A DNA stretch of 64,000 nt from Pseudovirgaria hyperparasitica (lineage: Eukaryota). The stretch lies in assembly GCA_010093815.1 (NCBI GenBank), contig ML996566.1. One strand, written 5' to 3'. Numbering within the stretch: the stretch's first letter is position 1; each line of letters starts with the position of its first letter. Under the pieces are notes generated by a model. The model saw nothing but the letters and a program-made list of their open reading frames with translations. It was not told the DNA's origin and searched no databases. The position numbers and the translations under genes are program-made. Of this stretch, positions 1 to 12,610 are shown one piece after another.

Positions 1-1
1 G

Positions 2-2800
2 AAACGCAAAGAGCGCAAGAAGAAGAAGGCTGCAAAGCGTGCCTTGAAGGCAAAGAAGCAGAAACGCCCCTCGAAGCGTCGTAATTCCTCCGACGACTCC
101 TCCGACGACTCCTCAGACTCCTCCAGCTCAGACTCTGACAGTGATTCCTCCGACTCGGACTCGGACCTGGACGACAAGCGCTCGCGCAGGCGCAAGAAGA
201 ACAAGAAGAACAACAAGCGCCGCCGCGCCTCTGAAACTGACGGCACCGCCACCGACGCCTCGCTTGACAGCCCCGACCCCGAAGAGCCAAATCCCTTTGC
301 CGCCAGCATGGCTGCTCTCGAGGCGCAGTTCGCTGCCCAGATAAACGCTCTCAAGATCTCCATGCTGTCGCAGCAGGCTGCCAGCGGTACCGCCAAGAAA
401 TCGCGAGATGCGCCTGCCGATTCGGGAAAGAGCAAGAAGCGGTCAAAGAAGCAGCACAAGAGTAGTAGTAGTAGTAGTGGTGGTAGTAGTGGCAAGAAAA
501 AGGGCAAAAAGGGCAGCACGCTCGAGTTCAAGCGCGTCGACCAGCTCTGGGACACCACCATCCACAACTACAAGCTGACCGAGAGCGCCGAGGACCAGGT
601 CGACGAGTTTGACGAGTACGTCTTCACGGTCCGGAGAAAGTTTGACTGGGAGAACAAGTACCGCAACACCGTCGTCGACATCAAGTCAAAGGTCCTGCGC
701 GACGCCCTCAAGGAGATTATGAAGGAGGTCAAGAGCGTCTCCCTGGTCGAGGACGAGCCCTGCATCGACCCCAACATGCTCTTCCTCTACCTCGAAGAGA
801 TGCGCGTCCATCGCAAGAAGACGCTCAAGCCGCGCCTCAAGAAGGAGAAGAAGAAGAAGCTCAAGCGCCGTCTCAAGATGCAGATTTCCCACCTCAAAGT
901 CCTCGAGTCCTACCTCGACGAGGACTACGCCGACACCAAGAAGACGCTCTATCCCATGCTCGAGGCCGGCAACATCACCTTTGACCTGCTCTGGGCCCTC
1001 TTCAAGCCAAACACCATTGCCTTCTGCGCCACCTACGGCTCCAAGGACGATCCGCGATGCTTCAAGGTCGACTACGCCAACAAGGAGTCCTCCTTTCTCA
1101 AGGGCGAGTGGTACAGCATCGAGGGCCGCTATCTCGAGTATGACGGCAAGAATTTCGGGCACGGCGAGTTTGAGCAAACCGTCGAGTCGTTCAAGGGCCC
1201 GCGCAAAATCACCTCGCTGGCCGTCTATCCGCTCAGCTACCACAAAGACCCCGATGGGATGAAGAAGACGCTGGTCGAGCGCGGCCAGAAGTTTGTCACC
1301 CTCCAGGGCATGAACTACAAATTCCTCAACGGCCTCGGCTTCCAGAAGAAGAAGAAGACCGTTGCCAAGGTCAACATCAAGGGCCGCGTCATGATTGACC
1401 CGGCCATCTTCCGCCGCATCAACCCCAACTACCACATCTCCGTCGTGCGGAACCGTGCGGGTGATGATTTTTTGTCGGATGACGAGGATAATAGTGACTG
1501 CTCCGACTGCTGCTGTTCCGACTCGGACGACAACAACTCTGCCTCTGCCCCGGTCGCCCCTGAAGACGGCGGCGAGGGCCCGAGTCTGCCCACCGACGCC
1601 GACGAGGAGGTCGAGCGGTTCAAGTACACGGTCGTCAAGGACCGCGACCAGACCTATCGCGTCGTCCGCGTGCCCGTCGATGCAAACGGCCGCGCCCTGC
1701 AGGTCGAGCGTCTCGAGACGCTCGCCACGCCCTCGTCCTCGGACGGCACATCCCCCTCCGACCCCGTGCCCGACGAGACGCCCCCCTACACCCCGACCTC
1801 TTTCAGCCCCGAGGACCTCTTGATCGCATCGCCTGTCGTGCTCGGCTTCGCCTTTAGCGAGAAGCTCTGGCTCGAGCTCAGCCTCAACGGCATCAGCGAG
1901 ATCTCCTGGAATACCGAGGCCTTTTCCTCCCTCGTCCTGCCGCCCGCCCAGAAGTCGATTGTCAAGGGCATGGTCAGCTCCCACAAGTTCCACGCCGCCC
2001 AACGCATCGACGATGTCGTGCAGGGCAAGGGTCGTGGCCTCGTCTTTGTGCTGCACGGCCCGCCCGGTGTCGGCAAGACGCTGACGGCAGAGGGCATTGC
2101 CGAGTACCTGCACGTGCCGCTCTACTCGGTCAGCGCCGGCGAGCTGGGCACGCAGAGCAGTCAGCTGGAGCACGAGCTGCAGAAGATTATGGACATTGCC
2201 CACTCCTGGGGCGCCGTGCTGCTGCTCGACGAGGCCGACGTCTTTTTGGAGAAGCGCGAGGTGCACGACATTCACCGCAACGCCCTCGTCTCCATCTTTT
2301 TGCGCCTGCTCGAGTACTTTCAGGGCATCCTCTTCTTGACCACGAACCGCGTCGAGACGTTTGACGACGCCTTCCAGAGCCGCATCCACATGCCGCTGCG
2401 CTACGGCGAGCTGAGCGTCAAGGCCCGCAAGGAGATTTGGCGCGGCTTCGTCGAGCGCGTGCGCGAGGGCGGCATGCGCGTCGCCGAGTTTGGCGACAAG
2501 GAGCTGTCCGAGCTGGCCAGGGGCGGCTTGAACGGGCGCCAGGTAGGCCGCTTCCCCTCTCTTTTCCCACGTGATGATGCGTCGTCATGGACTTGTGGGT
2601 ATTTGTGTATATATATGCTAACGTGTGTGTGTGCTCAACAGATCAAGAACGCCGTCCGCACCGCACAGTCGCTCGCGCTGTCGGAGAATGAGGAGTTTAC
2701 AATCGACCATATCAAGAAGGTGCTAGCCGTGACCGAGGACTTTGACCACGACATGAAGGGCGGCACCGGCTATCTGGACGCGATGCGCAGCTACACCTGA
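2..2800 (+). CDS. Fungal AAA+ ATPase with long low-complexity N-terminus (5'-partial; intron 2543-2641)
   Basis: Frame is open from position 2. Walker A GPPGVGKT, Walker B LLLDEAD, LFLTTNR sensor, DDAFQSRIH arginine-finger region. GT..AG intron 2543-2641 with a GCTAAC branch site. Confidence 0.9.
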   Translation, partial: KRKERKKKKAAKRALKAKKQKRPSKRRNSSDDSSDDSSDSSSSDSDSDSSDSDSDLDDKRSRRRKKNKKNNKRRRASETDGTATDASLDSPDPEEPNPFAASMAALEAQFAAQINALKISMLSQQAASGTAKKSRDAPADSGKSKKRSKKQHKSSSSSSGGSSGKKKGKKGSTLEFKRVDQLWDTTIHNYKLTESAEDQVDEFDEYVFTVRRKFDWENKYRNTVVDIKSKVLRDALKEIMKEVKSVSLVEDEPCIDPNMLFLYLEEMRVHRKKTLKPRLKKEKKKKLKRRLKMQISHLKVLESYLDEDYADTKKTLYPMLEAGNITFDLLWALFKPNTIAFCATYGSKDDPRCFKVDYANKESSFLKGEWYSIEGRYLEYDGKNFGHGEFEQTVESFKGPRKITSLAVYPLSYHKDPDGMKKTLVERGQKFVTLQGMNYKFLNGLGFQKKKKTVAKVNIKGRVMIDPAIFRRINPNYHISVVRNRAGDDFLSDDEDNSDCSDCCCSDSDDNNSASAPVAPEDGGEGPSLPTDADEEVERFKYTVVKDRDQTYRVVRVPVDANGRALQVERLETLATPSSSDGTSPSDPVPDETPPYTPTSFSPEDLLIASPVVLGFAFSEKLWLELSLNGISEISWNTEAFSSLVLPPAQKSIVKGMVSSHKFHAAQRIDDVVQGKGRGLVFVLHGPPGVGKTLTAEGIAEYLHVPLYSVSAGELGTQSSQLEHELQKIMDIAHSWGAVLLLDEADVFLEKREVHDIHRNALVSIFLRLLEYFQGILFLTTNRVETFDDAFQSRIHMPLRYGELSVKARKEIWRGFVERVREGGMRVAEFGDKELSELARGGLNGRQVGRFPSLFPRDDASSWTCGYLCIYMLTCVCAQQIKNAVRTAQSLALSENEEFTIDHIKKVLAVTEDFDHDMKGGTGYLDAMRSYT

Positions 2801-2951
2801 CCTGGCTCGTCGGTCGTCGTCGGTCGTGCGGCTGTGTGGGTTGTCTTGTGTCTATATACATCTCTCTCTTTGTGTGTATACGTGTGTGTTTGTCACAAGC
2901 CGGGTTGTATGTATGTATTTCATGTATGCATCAGCAGAAGAAGGCGTTTTT

Positions 2952-3175
2952 GGTGTGTGTGTGTGTGTGTGTGTCTTATGGTTTTCTTGGAGGTTATCTA
3001 TGTAGGTATATATGTTTTTAACATGCATTTTGAATCGGGATTGGGGGGAGGGGGGCGTTGATGAATGAAAGGCGTCTCCTCTCTCAGCTCTCAGCTCTCA
3101 GCTCTCAGCTCTTATTCTTGTCTCTTGTGTTACTTGCTCGTACTATTGTTTCTTTTCTGCGAGTAGTTTATATTC

Positions 3176-3206
<31 letters not shown>

Positions 3207-3210
3207 TTTC
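2952..3210. repeat. Microsatellites: (TG)n, (CTCTCAG)n, (TA)n
   Basis: Directly visible tandem runs at ~2953-2974, ~3080-3111 and ~3183-3207. Confidence 0.9.
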
Positions 3211-3717
3211 GGATTAGAGAATCGAGTTGATTGGCTTGGCTTGGTTTGACTGGACTTATGATTGAGTTTGTTTGATTGACTTGGACTGTTTGAATCTGAG
3301 ACTTGACTATGCCAGAGACTCAGCTATGAGACTTTGGACCGATCGACTTGGATTTTGGATTGGACTACTAATAACTTGTGGTGAGTCAGACTGACTTGCG
3401 TTAAAACTGACTTGGACTTGACTTGACCCGGACGCCAAATGACTTTCAATTTGATTTCTTCGAATTGACTTGGGACTGACTAACTTTTACCGCGATGACA
3501 ACCATACAATCAAACACCCAAACACCCAAACATCCACATAAACAAACCACAAACAACAAACACTTAAGGCAAGTAACATGACAAAACAAACACGTAAACA
3601 AAAGAACAACACACACACACAACAAAACGAAGGAACGACTATAATGGAACATACAAACCGGGGGGGGTTTTTTTTTTCGGGTACTTTGGACGGTTTTAAA
3701 GATCCTCTTTTTTTTAA

Positions 3718-3735
3718 ATATAAAAAGTACGTTCT

Positions 3736-3784
<49 letters not shown>

Positions 3785-3937
3785 ATATTATACTCACTAC
3801 ATGACGAGGNNNNNNNNNNNNNNNNNNNNNNNNNNNNNNNNNNNNNNNNNNNNNNATATAAAAAGTACGTTCTAAAGAGAGAGAGAGAGGGGGGGGGGGG
3901 CGGAGAGAAGTTATATTATACTCACTACATGACGAGG
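3718..3937. other. Assembly gap (N run 3810-3855) flanked by a duplicated segment containing (GA)n
   Basis: ATATAAAAAGTACGTTCTAAA-(GA)n...GAAGTTATATTATACTCACTACATGACGAGG occurs at both 3718-3809 and 3856-3937. Confidence 0.9.
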
Positions 3938-4302
3938 CCGAGATAAAGGGCAGAGAGGGTAATGGTAATGAGGTAGAAGGGAAGACCGGGGACTACGAAT
4001 TTCTCATACTAGATAGATGGACCCCTACCAAATTTGAAGAAAAACAAAAAAAAAAAAATTTGTGCAAGGGTTACTACTTGACGCTGTAAACTTACTTACT
4101 TCCCTTTCTTACGGCCAACTTACGCCAATAGATAGGAGAGATTTTCCGAGGGGTTAAAAATTCACGGCTGTCTCTGTTAGTCTGTTTTGTATGCTTATTG
4201 ATCAATTTGTTGTATGTTTATTCGACGAGATCACCGAATGAAGGCGCGTGTATTACATGTATCACATTTTTGTACTCCAGTTCCGAGCCTCAACTCCGAG
4301 CC

Positions 4303-4350
4303 CCGCAAATCCGAACGCCCAAATCCGAACGCCCAAATCCGAACCCTAAA
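4303..4350 (+). repeat. 14-bp tandem repeat (CAAATCCGAACGCC) x~3
   Basis: Seen directly, just downstream of the sugar-transporter stop codon. Confidence 0.8.
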
Positions 4351-4392
4351 TACCAAACCTACAAAACAACACCAACCACAACACCACGTACT

Positions 4393-6622
4393 CTACGCCC
4401 GCACATACTGCGTCGTCGACGACGGCGACGCAATCTTGGGCATGCTCGTGTTTGTCGTCGTCGCACTCATACTCACACTCGCCTCCGGCTTGTCGGTGGA
4501 GAACGACTGCTCGAGCCCGTCGTCGTTGTGTTCGCGGTCTTGACGACGAAGGATGGTGCGACGGCGGCGGAGACGAAGCCCATCGTCGATGCCAAACAGG
4601 CGGGACATGTCCTCGAGCGAGCGGCCGCGGGTTTCGACTAGATTTCGCCGTTGTCAGTCAGTCAGTCAGTCAGTCAGTCCGTGATGCCGCCCGTACCAAG
4701 AGAGAGGACAAAAAAAGGAGGAAAGGGAGAACGAGGAAAAGGCACGCACCCATACAAAACTGCACAAACAGATACGCCAGCCCACACAAGCCCGCATACC
4801 CGGCATACAACCCCCAGCCCACCCGCTCAAACACGACAGGACTCAGCTGCGCGACGCAAAACGTGCCGAGCCACAGCGTTGCGGTCGTCACGCCGTTGCC
4901 CTTGGCCCGGTAGCGAATCGGCCAGATCTCCGAGGCGTAGAGCCAGCTGCCCACGCCCCAGGTGGCGTTGAAGCAGGTGTAGAAGAGGTAGGGGAAGATG
5001 ACGATGACGATGTTTGTGGAGGAGGACTCGGGGTGGCGGGCGGCGTTGCGCTGGAAGACGGCGATGCCGATCATCGCGACGGCCATGCCGATGCAGCCGA
5101 GGCGGAGCCAGGTGCGGCGGCCGAGCCGGTCGAAGAGGAAGATGGGGATCCAGGCGGAGAGGAAGAGGACGATGCCGACGGTGCCGTTGAGCAGGTTCTG
5201 GGTGCGTGGGTTGGAGATGCCGCCTGCTGCGAAGATGTGCGGGAGGTAGTAGATTATGCTGCATGTGCCTGTGATCTGTTGTTGCCCGGGGGTCAGTCTT
5301 GGAGTGTTCAGAGTTGGTGAATAGGGGATACACGCATGAGGAGTTATGAGGTAGAGGAACCGACTGACCTGCTGGAAGAACTGCACGCCCATGCCCAGCA
5401 GCGTGACGCGCAAGACCGGCCTCCGGAACAACTCGACCCACCGCGCCCTCTCCGCCACCGTCTTCTGAAACCGGATACTCTCCCTGATCTCCCGCAGCGA
5501 GCGATCCGCCGCCTCGGACCCGTGCAGCCGCGTCAGCACCTCGCGCGCACACTCGGGCCGGCCCTGATCGACCAGCCAGCGCGGACTGGGCGGCACGTAC
5601 AGCCAGCAGCCGACGCCGAGCACGCCGGCGGGCAGGACCTGGATCGCGAGCGGGATGCGCCACCAGTGTGCCGAGGGCAGCATGGCGAAGCCGTAGTTGA
5701 GCCAGAAGGCGATTAGTTCGCCGAGGCAGAGGATCATTTGCTCGATGCCGACGATGCGGCCGCGGAGCTTTGCGGGCGCGATTTCGCCAATGTAGAGGGG
5801 CACGCCGCCCGCGCAGATGCCGACGCCTATGCCGAGCACGATGCGGCCGATGATCTGGGGCGTGGTGGTGTCAGTGATGTAGAAAGGAAAAGGTAGATGT
5901 GTGTGTATGCACGACACGTTGTGACAAAGTGAAAAGACAAAGAACAGAAACCCCCCCCCGGTCCCCGGGGTCATCTCGAACGAAAGAAAGACACTCACGA
6001 TCTGCGACACGCTATAGCTCGCCGCCTGCAGCACAGCACCCAGATTGAACACCAGCGTCGCCACCGCCAGCGTCCTCTCGCGCCCAATGCGATCGGCCAG
6101 AAACCCAATCGAGAGCGCGCCCAGCAGACACCCGATATCATACAGACTCACAATCGCGCCCGTCACCCACGCGCTCTGTGGCCGCATCAGGTCCAGGAAC
6201 CGCCGGTCTGCGATGATCACGCCCATCACGCCCTGGTCGTAGCCAAATAGCAGCGCGCCCAGCGACACAAACGCCGTGATGCCGTACACGCGCTTGTTCC
6301 CGTCGCCGTATCGCCGGCGCCATGCATCTGCGTTTGCATTTGCGTCGGGCGGGCGCGGGCGGATCAGTGCGTTGGGCTTCATCCATTCGAGGAGCATGTC
6401 GACGACTGGCACGGAGATGCGATGATGAGGTTGGTTACGGTTACGATGGTGACGGTCGTTGTGGATGGACGGGGAGGACGCGTCGTTTTGTACTTCTTCT
6501 TCTTCCTCTTCTTCCTCTTCCTCTTCGTCGTAGTCGTCCTCCTCGTCGTCGGCGGCGGCGCGGCTCTCAAGTAGTGGCATTGCAGCAGCAATAGCATCGT
6601 CGTCGGCTCGAGGCGGCTCCAT
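4393..6622 (-). CDS. MFS sugar porter family transporter (introns ~5855-5998, 5276-5368, 4638-4749)
   Basis: LFGYDQG, DRIGR, YIGEIAPAKLRG, PPSPRWL, QQITG, DRLGRR, SEIWP..R and spliced VETRGRSLEDM motifs; canonical GT-AG introns. Confidence 0.92.
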
Positions 6623-7614
6623 CGTGGCCCCACTGCGGCTTCGCGCGCATCCCCCAACTACAAGCCAGTAAGATGGTCGTGCTCAGATTAGTTCTTCCAG
6701 ACAGAGCCGGGTGGAAGCTTGGGAGATATGTATTGCGTGTTTGTGTGTGTGAGGGAAGTGTGACGTTTGTCGTTGTCGTTGTCGTCGTCGAAGTAAAGGT
6801 AAGGTTGAGGCTAGCTCGAGGTAATTAAAGTGGCCACTTAAGGGGGCCCCGCCCGCGTGCCGTCGCGTGGGCCCCCAATCCCGGGGTAAAACCTGGGGTT
6901 TCGCGCACGCTAAGGAGGACAGCCTGCGATCTTGGGCCCGGGATGATCCTTGGGTCTCCTTGGGTAATAATCTTGGCTCACAAATCGTGCGTAATGAACC
7001 TTTTGTCGCGTGTCGATATGGTCTTGGATTCACGTGCGGCTCTAATCCAGCAGTGTGCGTGTGTGTGTGTGTGGGAAAAACTACTCACTCAGTCACGCGC
7101 ATGCGGAGGCAGCTGACCTTGTAAGATTGGTTCCGTGTATCGTTAGTTGAAGTAGGAACGGTATAGTGTCCTGCATCATCTGACGGAGCTTTCCAGTACA
7201 TATCATATGTTTCTGCGCTGCGAATACCCATTCACATAGGATCATGGCAATGGATGGCGCCGTCTGCTGCACCGAGAAGTGCCCACACGTGTCTTGAATG
7301 TAGAACAAGCTCATATTTGGAGACACATTTATGAACGAACAAAGTCCTTTGACCTTACTAGAAGTATCAAGGCTTGCTTGCCTCGGATTGTGATATTCCT
7401 TCGCACGGTCTAGATGGTCAAGTTCAGGTAGCCCTATCAACGTACACGCAGCACGCCCCTGTTGAAAAGTGCTTGCGATTTTCCTCGGGAACCACTACGT
7501 GGTGTATGGCTCTTGTGGTTGAGGATATATACATGGACAGGGACGGAGCCGCCATACTTTTGATACGATGCTGCCAGCAGGTGTTGTCGCTTATGAGGGC
7601 AATAATCACGGTAA

Positions 7615-8860
7615 TCATGCCACCTCCTCCACTGCCGCCCTCTTCCTGAACACAAACAATGCCTCGTCTTTGCCCGCAAAACTTGGCAAGGGCACCCTAG
7701 CAGCCTCCTCCCAGTCTGGTCTCTCCCTCTTCACCCAATCCGCGACCGTTTCTCCCTTGAATGCACTGTGTCCATTCCCATTTTGCGTTGCCGCAACACA
7801 CACCGCATCGCCCTTGAACGCGCGCAGCATCTTGCCCGTGAAATCCTCGCTCACGATCGGGTATACCAGCAACAACACCTGTCCCTCGCCTCCCTTGTGG
7901 GTGACAATATGCGTTGGCCCATCTTGCACTAGCGTGTCACCGATCCATCGGACGCGGTACTTCGACTGGAGATTATCGATTGGCAGGACGGTGAGCTCTG
8001 GGAATGTTTTGCGAAGCATAAACGTCCAATAACCCGTACCAGAGCCGACCTCAATGATGGGCTTGGGCTTCGTGCGTACCTGCGCGACCTGCGCAATCAG
8101 ACTGAGTGCAGCATGTGTGGGCACAGCGCAGCCAAAATGGTGGTACAAGACTGGCAGGATGTGGTGAGCATGCTCTGTCTTTGTGTTTGTAGGTATGGGT
8201 CCAGCCCATTCAAGATTTTCACACGACCACGCCCAGAGGTCGAGATAGGGGTTTTTGGGCGCAGACTTCGGCTTGGATGGTACAGCGAGAGGAGCAATGG
8301 GAACTACGAGATTGTTGGCGAGATGTTGAGCAATTTGCTCACGGAGAGAGCCTTTCTTTGCATTGGAGCGGAAGCCGGTGAGAGCACGGACGAGGTTGTT
8401 CGTGGGGAGGAAGAGGGATGCGTAGGCTTTGGAGTCGTCGGGGGACGGGTGTGGAAGCTGGCTCAATCAATTATCAGCATACAGTCCATCATGCCAGCGA
8501 TGTTTCGGTGAAGTATCAATGGAAAGAAGCGTGCCACGAGTGACGGTGTACAACAACAGCGTCATGCAGACCATGAACACGTACCTCTTTCTCCTTTTCG
8601 TCCAGGTACCACGAGTGTAATCCACCTACTTCCCCGAAGTCGACGACCTGCTGTGCATCCTTGAGAGTAACGACAGCAATTTCTGCATGGTATTGGTACG
8701 AGTCATCAGGTTTCAGCCCGAAAGAGCGTATGATCGAATTGCGAAAGTCGCCGCTGTGCTGTGGTGAAGACTTGTCGTTCCACTGCTCAAAGAAGAGATC
8801 TGGGTCGAACCTGTAAGAGCCCTCGCATTTGGGAGTGATACGACGCTTCGTCGACGCCAT
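7615..8860 (-). CDS. Conserved fungal hypothetical protein with a SAM-dependent methyltransferase-like motif (probably two exons)
   Basis: ORF 7615-8466 has a glycine-rich IIEVGSGTGYW motif. Upstream ORF 8516-8860 has a GTACGT donor near 8584, suggesting it splices onto it; the junction is inferred. Confidence 0.6.
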
Positions 8861-9912
8861 TGTTCCTGTTACAGTTCGTCAATTGGCTGGCTTGCAGGGA
8901 TGCGATGAGGAAGATGGACGTATGGACAGATGGATAGATGGATAGATGCAGCTATACGATGCAAGGTACGAGGGGAGGGGCAGCAATGGATCGGTGGTCG
9001 AGCCGTAAATCCGGGGTCGGCCCTGCCCGAGTCCCTGGAACGTGGCGGCTGGTCCGGGCTGGGATTACCTGCCTTTCCCGGCCTCCGGTAAACATGGCAT
9101 CCCGCGTAATTACACTATAAGCCTAGCAACCAAAGACCTTGGGACTCGTGGCTTGGAAGGAAGCATCTGAAGTCCCTTTACCAAGAATGTCTTCGTATGT
9201 ATCCGAACGAAGCATTCGAGGAAGGGCAAAAACGATGTAATTGAAGTATGTCTATGATCCCATACCCGTGGTTCTCGTGGTGTTCACGAACTACGTCTCT
9301 TCATCGGCATGGAATGCGTTTCATACTCGGGCCTTTCATGTCGCTTTCATATTTTATCTTCGGTCGATATGTGTGCTCTCCGTTTACGTAGAAGGTGCTT
9401 CTAGAGTAGCATCGGCAAGCATCAACAAAGTCGAACACTTCTGTCCCGCTTCCTCAACAAGACGAAACACTCCCTACCTACCGGTGTCCGCGCACTAAGG
9501 TCGAGCTTGATGCTGCTGCTGTTTGCAACCACGGTATTTGGTGGACGGCAAAGCAGTAAACAGCCCATGCGATATCACCTTGCACTCAGAGCTTGTAGTC
9601 GGTACGTTTCTAACCTTGGCTGTAGAAAAGCTGCAAACCAGGCCGATGACTCGTAGCTCCCACACTTGCTTCATAGTATGCTGGTCATGTCCCCAAGAAA
9701 GGGTCGGCCTTGGAGGTTCTCCTGCTGGGGACGTTGACGGTTTAAAAAGAACCTCTTGAAGGAATCATTTCTTTGGCATTGGTCATTCTTTATACACCCT
9801 CGCAACTCGAATCAGTTCCATGTATCTCGAGACAGCCAATAATGACTAGTATTGGACATTCAAACAACCGTGGGATATCATTACTCCATCAATAACGCCA
9901 GGTAAGGGGACA

Positions 9913-10613
9913 TCATAATTTGTCCCAGAACATGTTGCAATAAAACATAAGATCCATCTTCTTGTCTCGCCCAAGATAGTGCACATCCCCACTCTTTTGG
10001 AAAATGACTCTGTTGTGATCACCGGTTGCAGGGTCAACCTCGACGCCCATGCCGAGGTCGCGGTAAATCCGTAGTTTGAGTCTGCAGCATGTTAGTACTG
10101 CCATGCACGCGATTTCACCAACGAGAACATACACTGTCTCATTCTCCTCTGGATGTGCGAGCTCTCTCTCAAGTGCCTCGCCGCCTTCCGGGCCCTGTTC
10201 CTCAACTTCCTGCAGCGTGCTCTTTAAGCTGTCCAGCTCGGCGCCCATTCTTTCTTCTTCGATTTCCAGATCACTTGCTTGTTTTGCGACTCTAAACTTT
10301 TCGGTATCGAGCCGCAATATATTTGAGGCATGGGATGTCGGGTTATGTGACGACACGGTGAGCGAGTGTTGCGAATTGAGGGTCTGCTGTTGTCGAACGA
10401 GCTTTTGCAGTTGCGACGAGTGCTGCGATATGATCGAGCTGCGGAAGGTATTGAGATCACTGAGAGCAGAGCCAATGCGTGATATCGCGCTCCGATCAGA
10501 ATCAATTTTGAAACTTTGGCGGCAGGCCGCGATGAGCTGTCACGGTCAGTAAACAATGTTGAGAGCAGTGTATGGAGTGAGCGTACTGCGGCGGGTTCTT
10601 CGTCCAGGAGCAT
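9913..10613 (-). CDS. SPC24: Kinetochore NDC80-complex subunit Spc24
   Basis: MLLDEEPA N-terminus, coiled-coil middle, LKLRIYRDLG and C-terminal GDVH...FYCNMFWDKL, typical of fungal Spc24; two introns. Confidence 0.8.
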
Positions 10614-10989
10614 TTTCAAGGGTAACCATATAATGGATGGAGTGTCAATTGAGGCAGGGTATCGTTCCGGGTATGAGGATAGAAGTTGTTCAATCTAATC
10701 TTTGGTGTTGTTGGCGTCCCGCGCCGAGACGCTTGATTGTTTGCGCTTAAGCCACACCTCGCGTCTTCCCAGGCAACCATGAATATGTGGATGCACGTGC
10801 TTTAAATGGGGACTGTGGCGCAGCGAGCTCAAACGTCACCGGCCAAACTTGCCTGAAACTTGAACCACAAGACTTTATCAGCGCCGTGCGACCATCGCTA
10901 CTATTCATTGAGCTGTGCTCGCACTGCTAACTCTCTGACACTTCCGTGGAACTGCCAGACCATCCCGACTTGCACACAGCCTTATTGAA

Positions 10990-11639
<650 letters not shown>

Positions 11640-12610
11640 AATATGATATGTCCTGTTGGACACCCTGGCATCACAGTTCAGAGGGAGGCGCTTGGAATAA
11701 TGATCTATGCCAACACTTGTACAAATCGCATGCAGCACATAACTTTTGTTTCGCATGCATGAACCGCAATGCAGCACATACTATGTAAAAACTCATTACT
11801 ACCCATCGATGTATGTGACCCCTTAATCGCTGATTGTTCTTGTATAGAGTCATACCGAGAGAAGAAGGTAGAACGCGGAGGAAGAGGTTGATGGGTTTCC
11901 GGTGCGCTCGGGACACTTGAACAGTTGAACGAGTGAATCAATGGTGGCGGATGAATTATGAATGCAGCGGTCCAGCCACGGCCCTGCAATAACAATGTTC
12001 TGAGTCTGAGCCTCAACATTTTCGACCTGACAACGTTGTTTGCAGTGGCCAAGATCTGCTCTCTAATTACTGACTATGTATCACACGCGTGCCAGTATTG
12101 TAGGTCTCCACTGTCACCTCCGGCTGCACTAACCACACTCCGGCCAAGTGCGACGGCCGCTCGTTTGTGCGTCATTGGCGTAAACTCCCGCCAGACACCA
12201 CTCACTCTGGCTATCATATTACCTTCGCAGTGTACGTTCACCTTTCCTTAGCCACTTCACTGCTATCGCATCTGTCTCTTTTACTACTTGTTCCTACTCT
12301 ACACTTTGGCGCCTGTGATTTACTATTTTTTTTCTGCGCCGTGCGTATCCTTCTTACCTTTTATCTTTATTCCGAGCGTTTGTCAGATCACCTGCATAAC
12401 GCGCATGACAAGGCAGTTTCTCGAAGCTCTCTACCTACTCCACCCACTCTACTTTGCCAACATCTTGCGAACAGTCCGGTCACGGCCTGGACAAATCTAC
12501 CACAAACTACTGACAAGCACAATCAACCGTAGTCCTTTCCAACCTCGTTCTTCCTCCTGCTTATCGCCTTCGCACCAGAATCTCCGACCGTCACACTGTC
12601 AGTACTGAAT

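Noticed and set aside
686..2389. 567-aa ORF on the minus strand
   Set aside because: Antisense shadow of the GC-rich AAA ATPase; biased codon usage removes stops on the opposite strand and it has no motifs.
3718..3937. Direct repeat flanking the N gap, as a possible LTR or real duplication
   Set aside because: Best explained by unmerged contig ends across a (GA)n tract, i.e. an assembly artefact.
9000..9800. GC-rich hairpin-like stretches as a possible ncRNA
   Set aside because: No conserved snRNA, SRP, RNase P/MRP or telomerase-template motif was recognised; it would need an Rfam/Infernal search.
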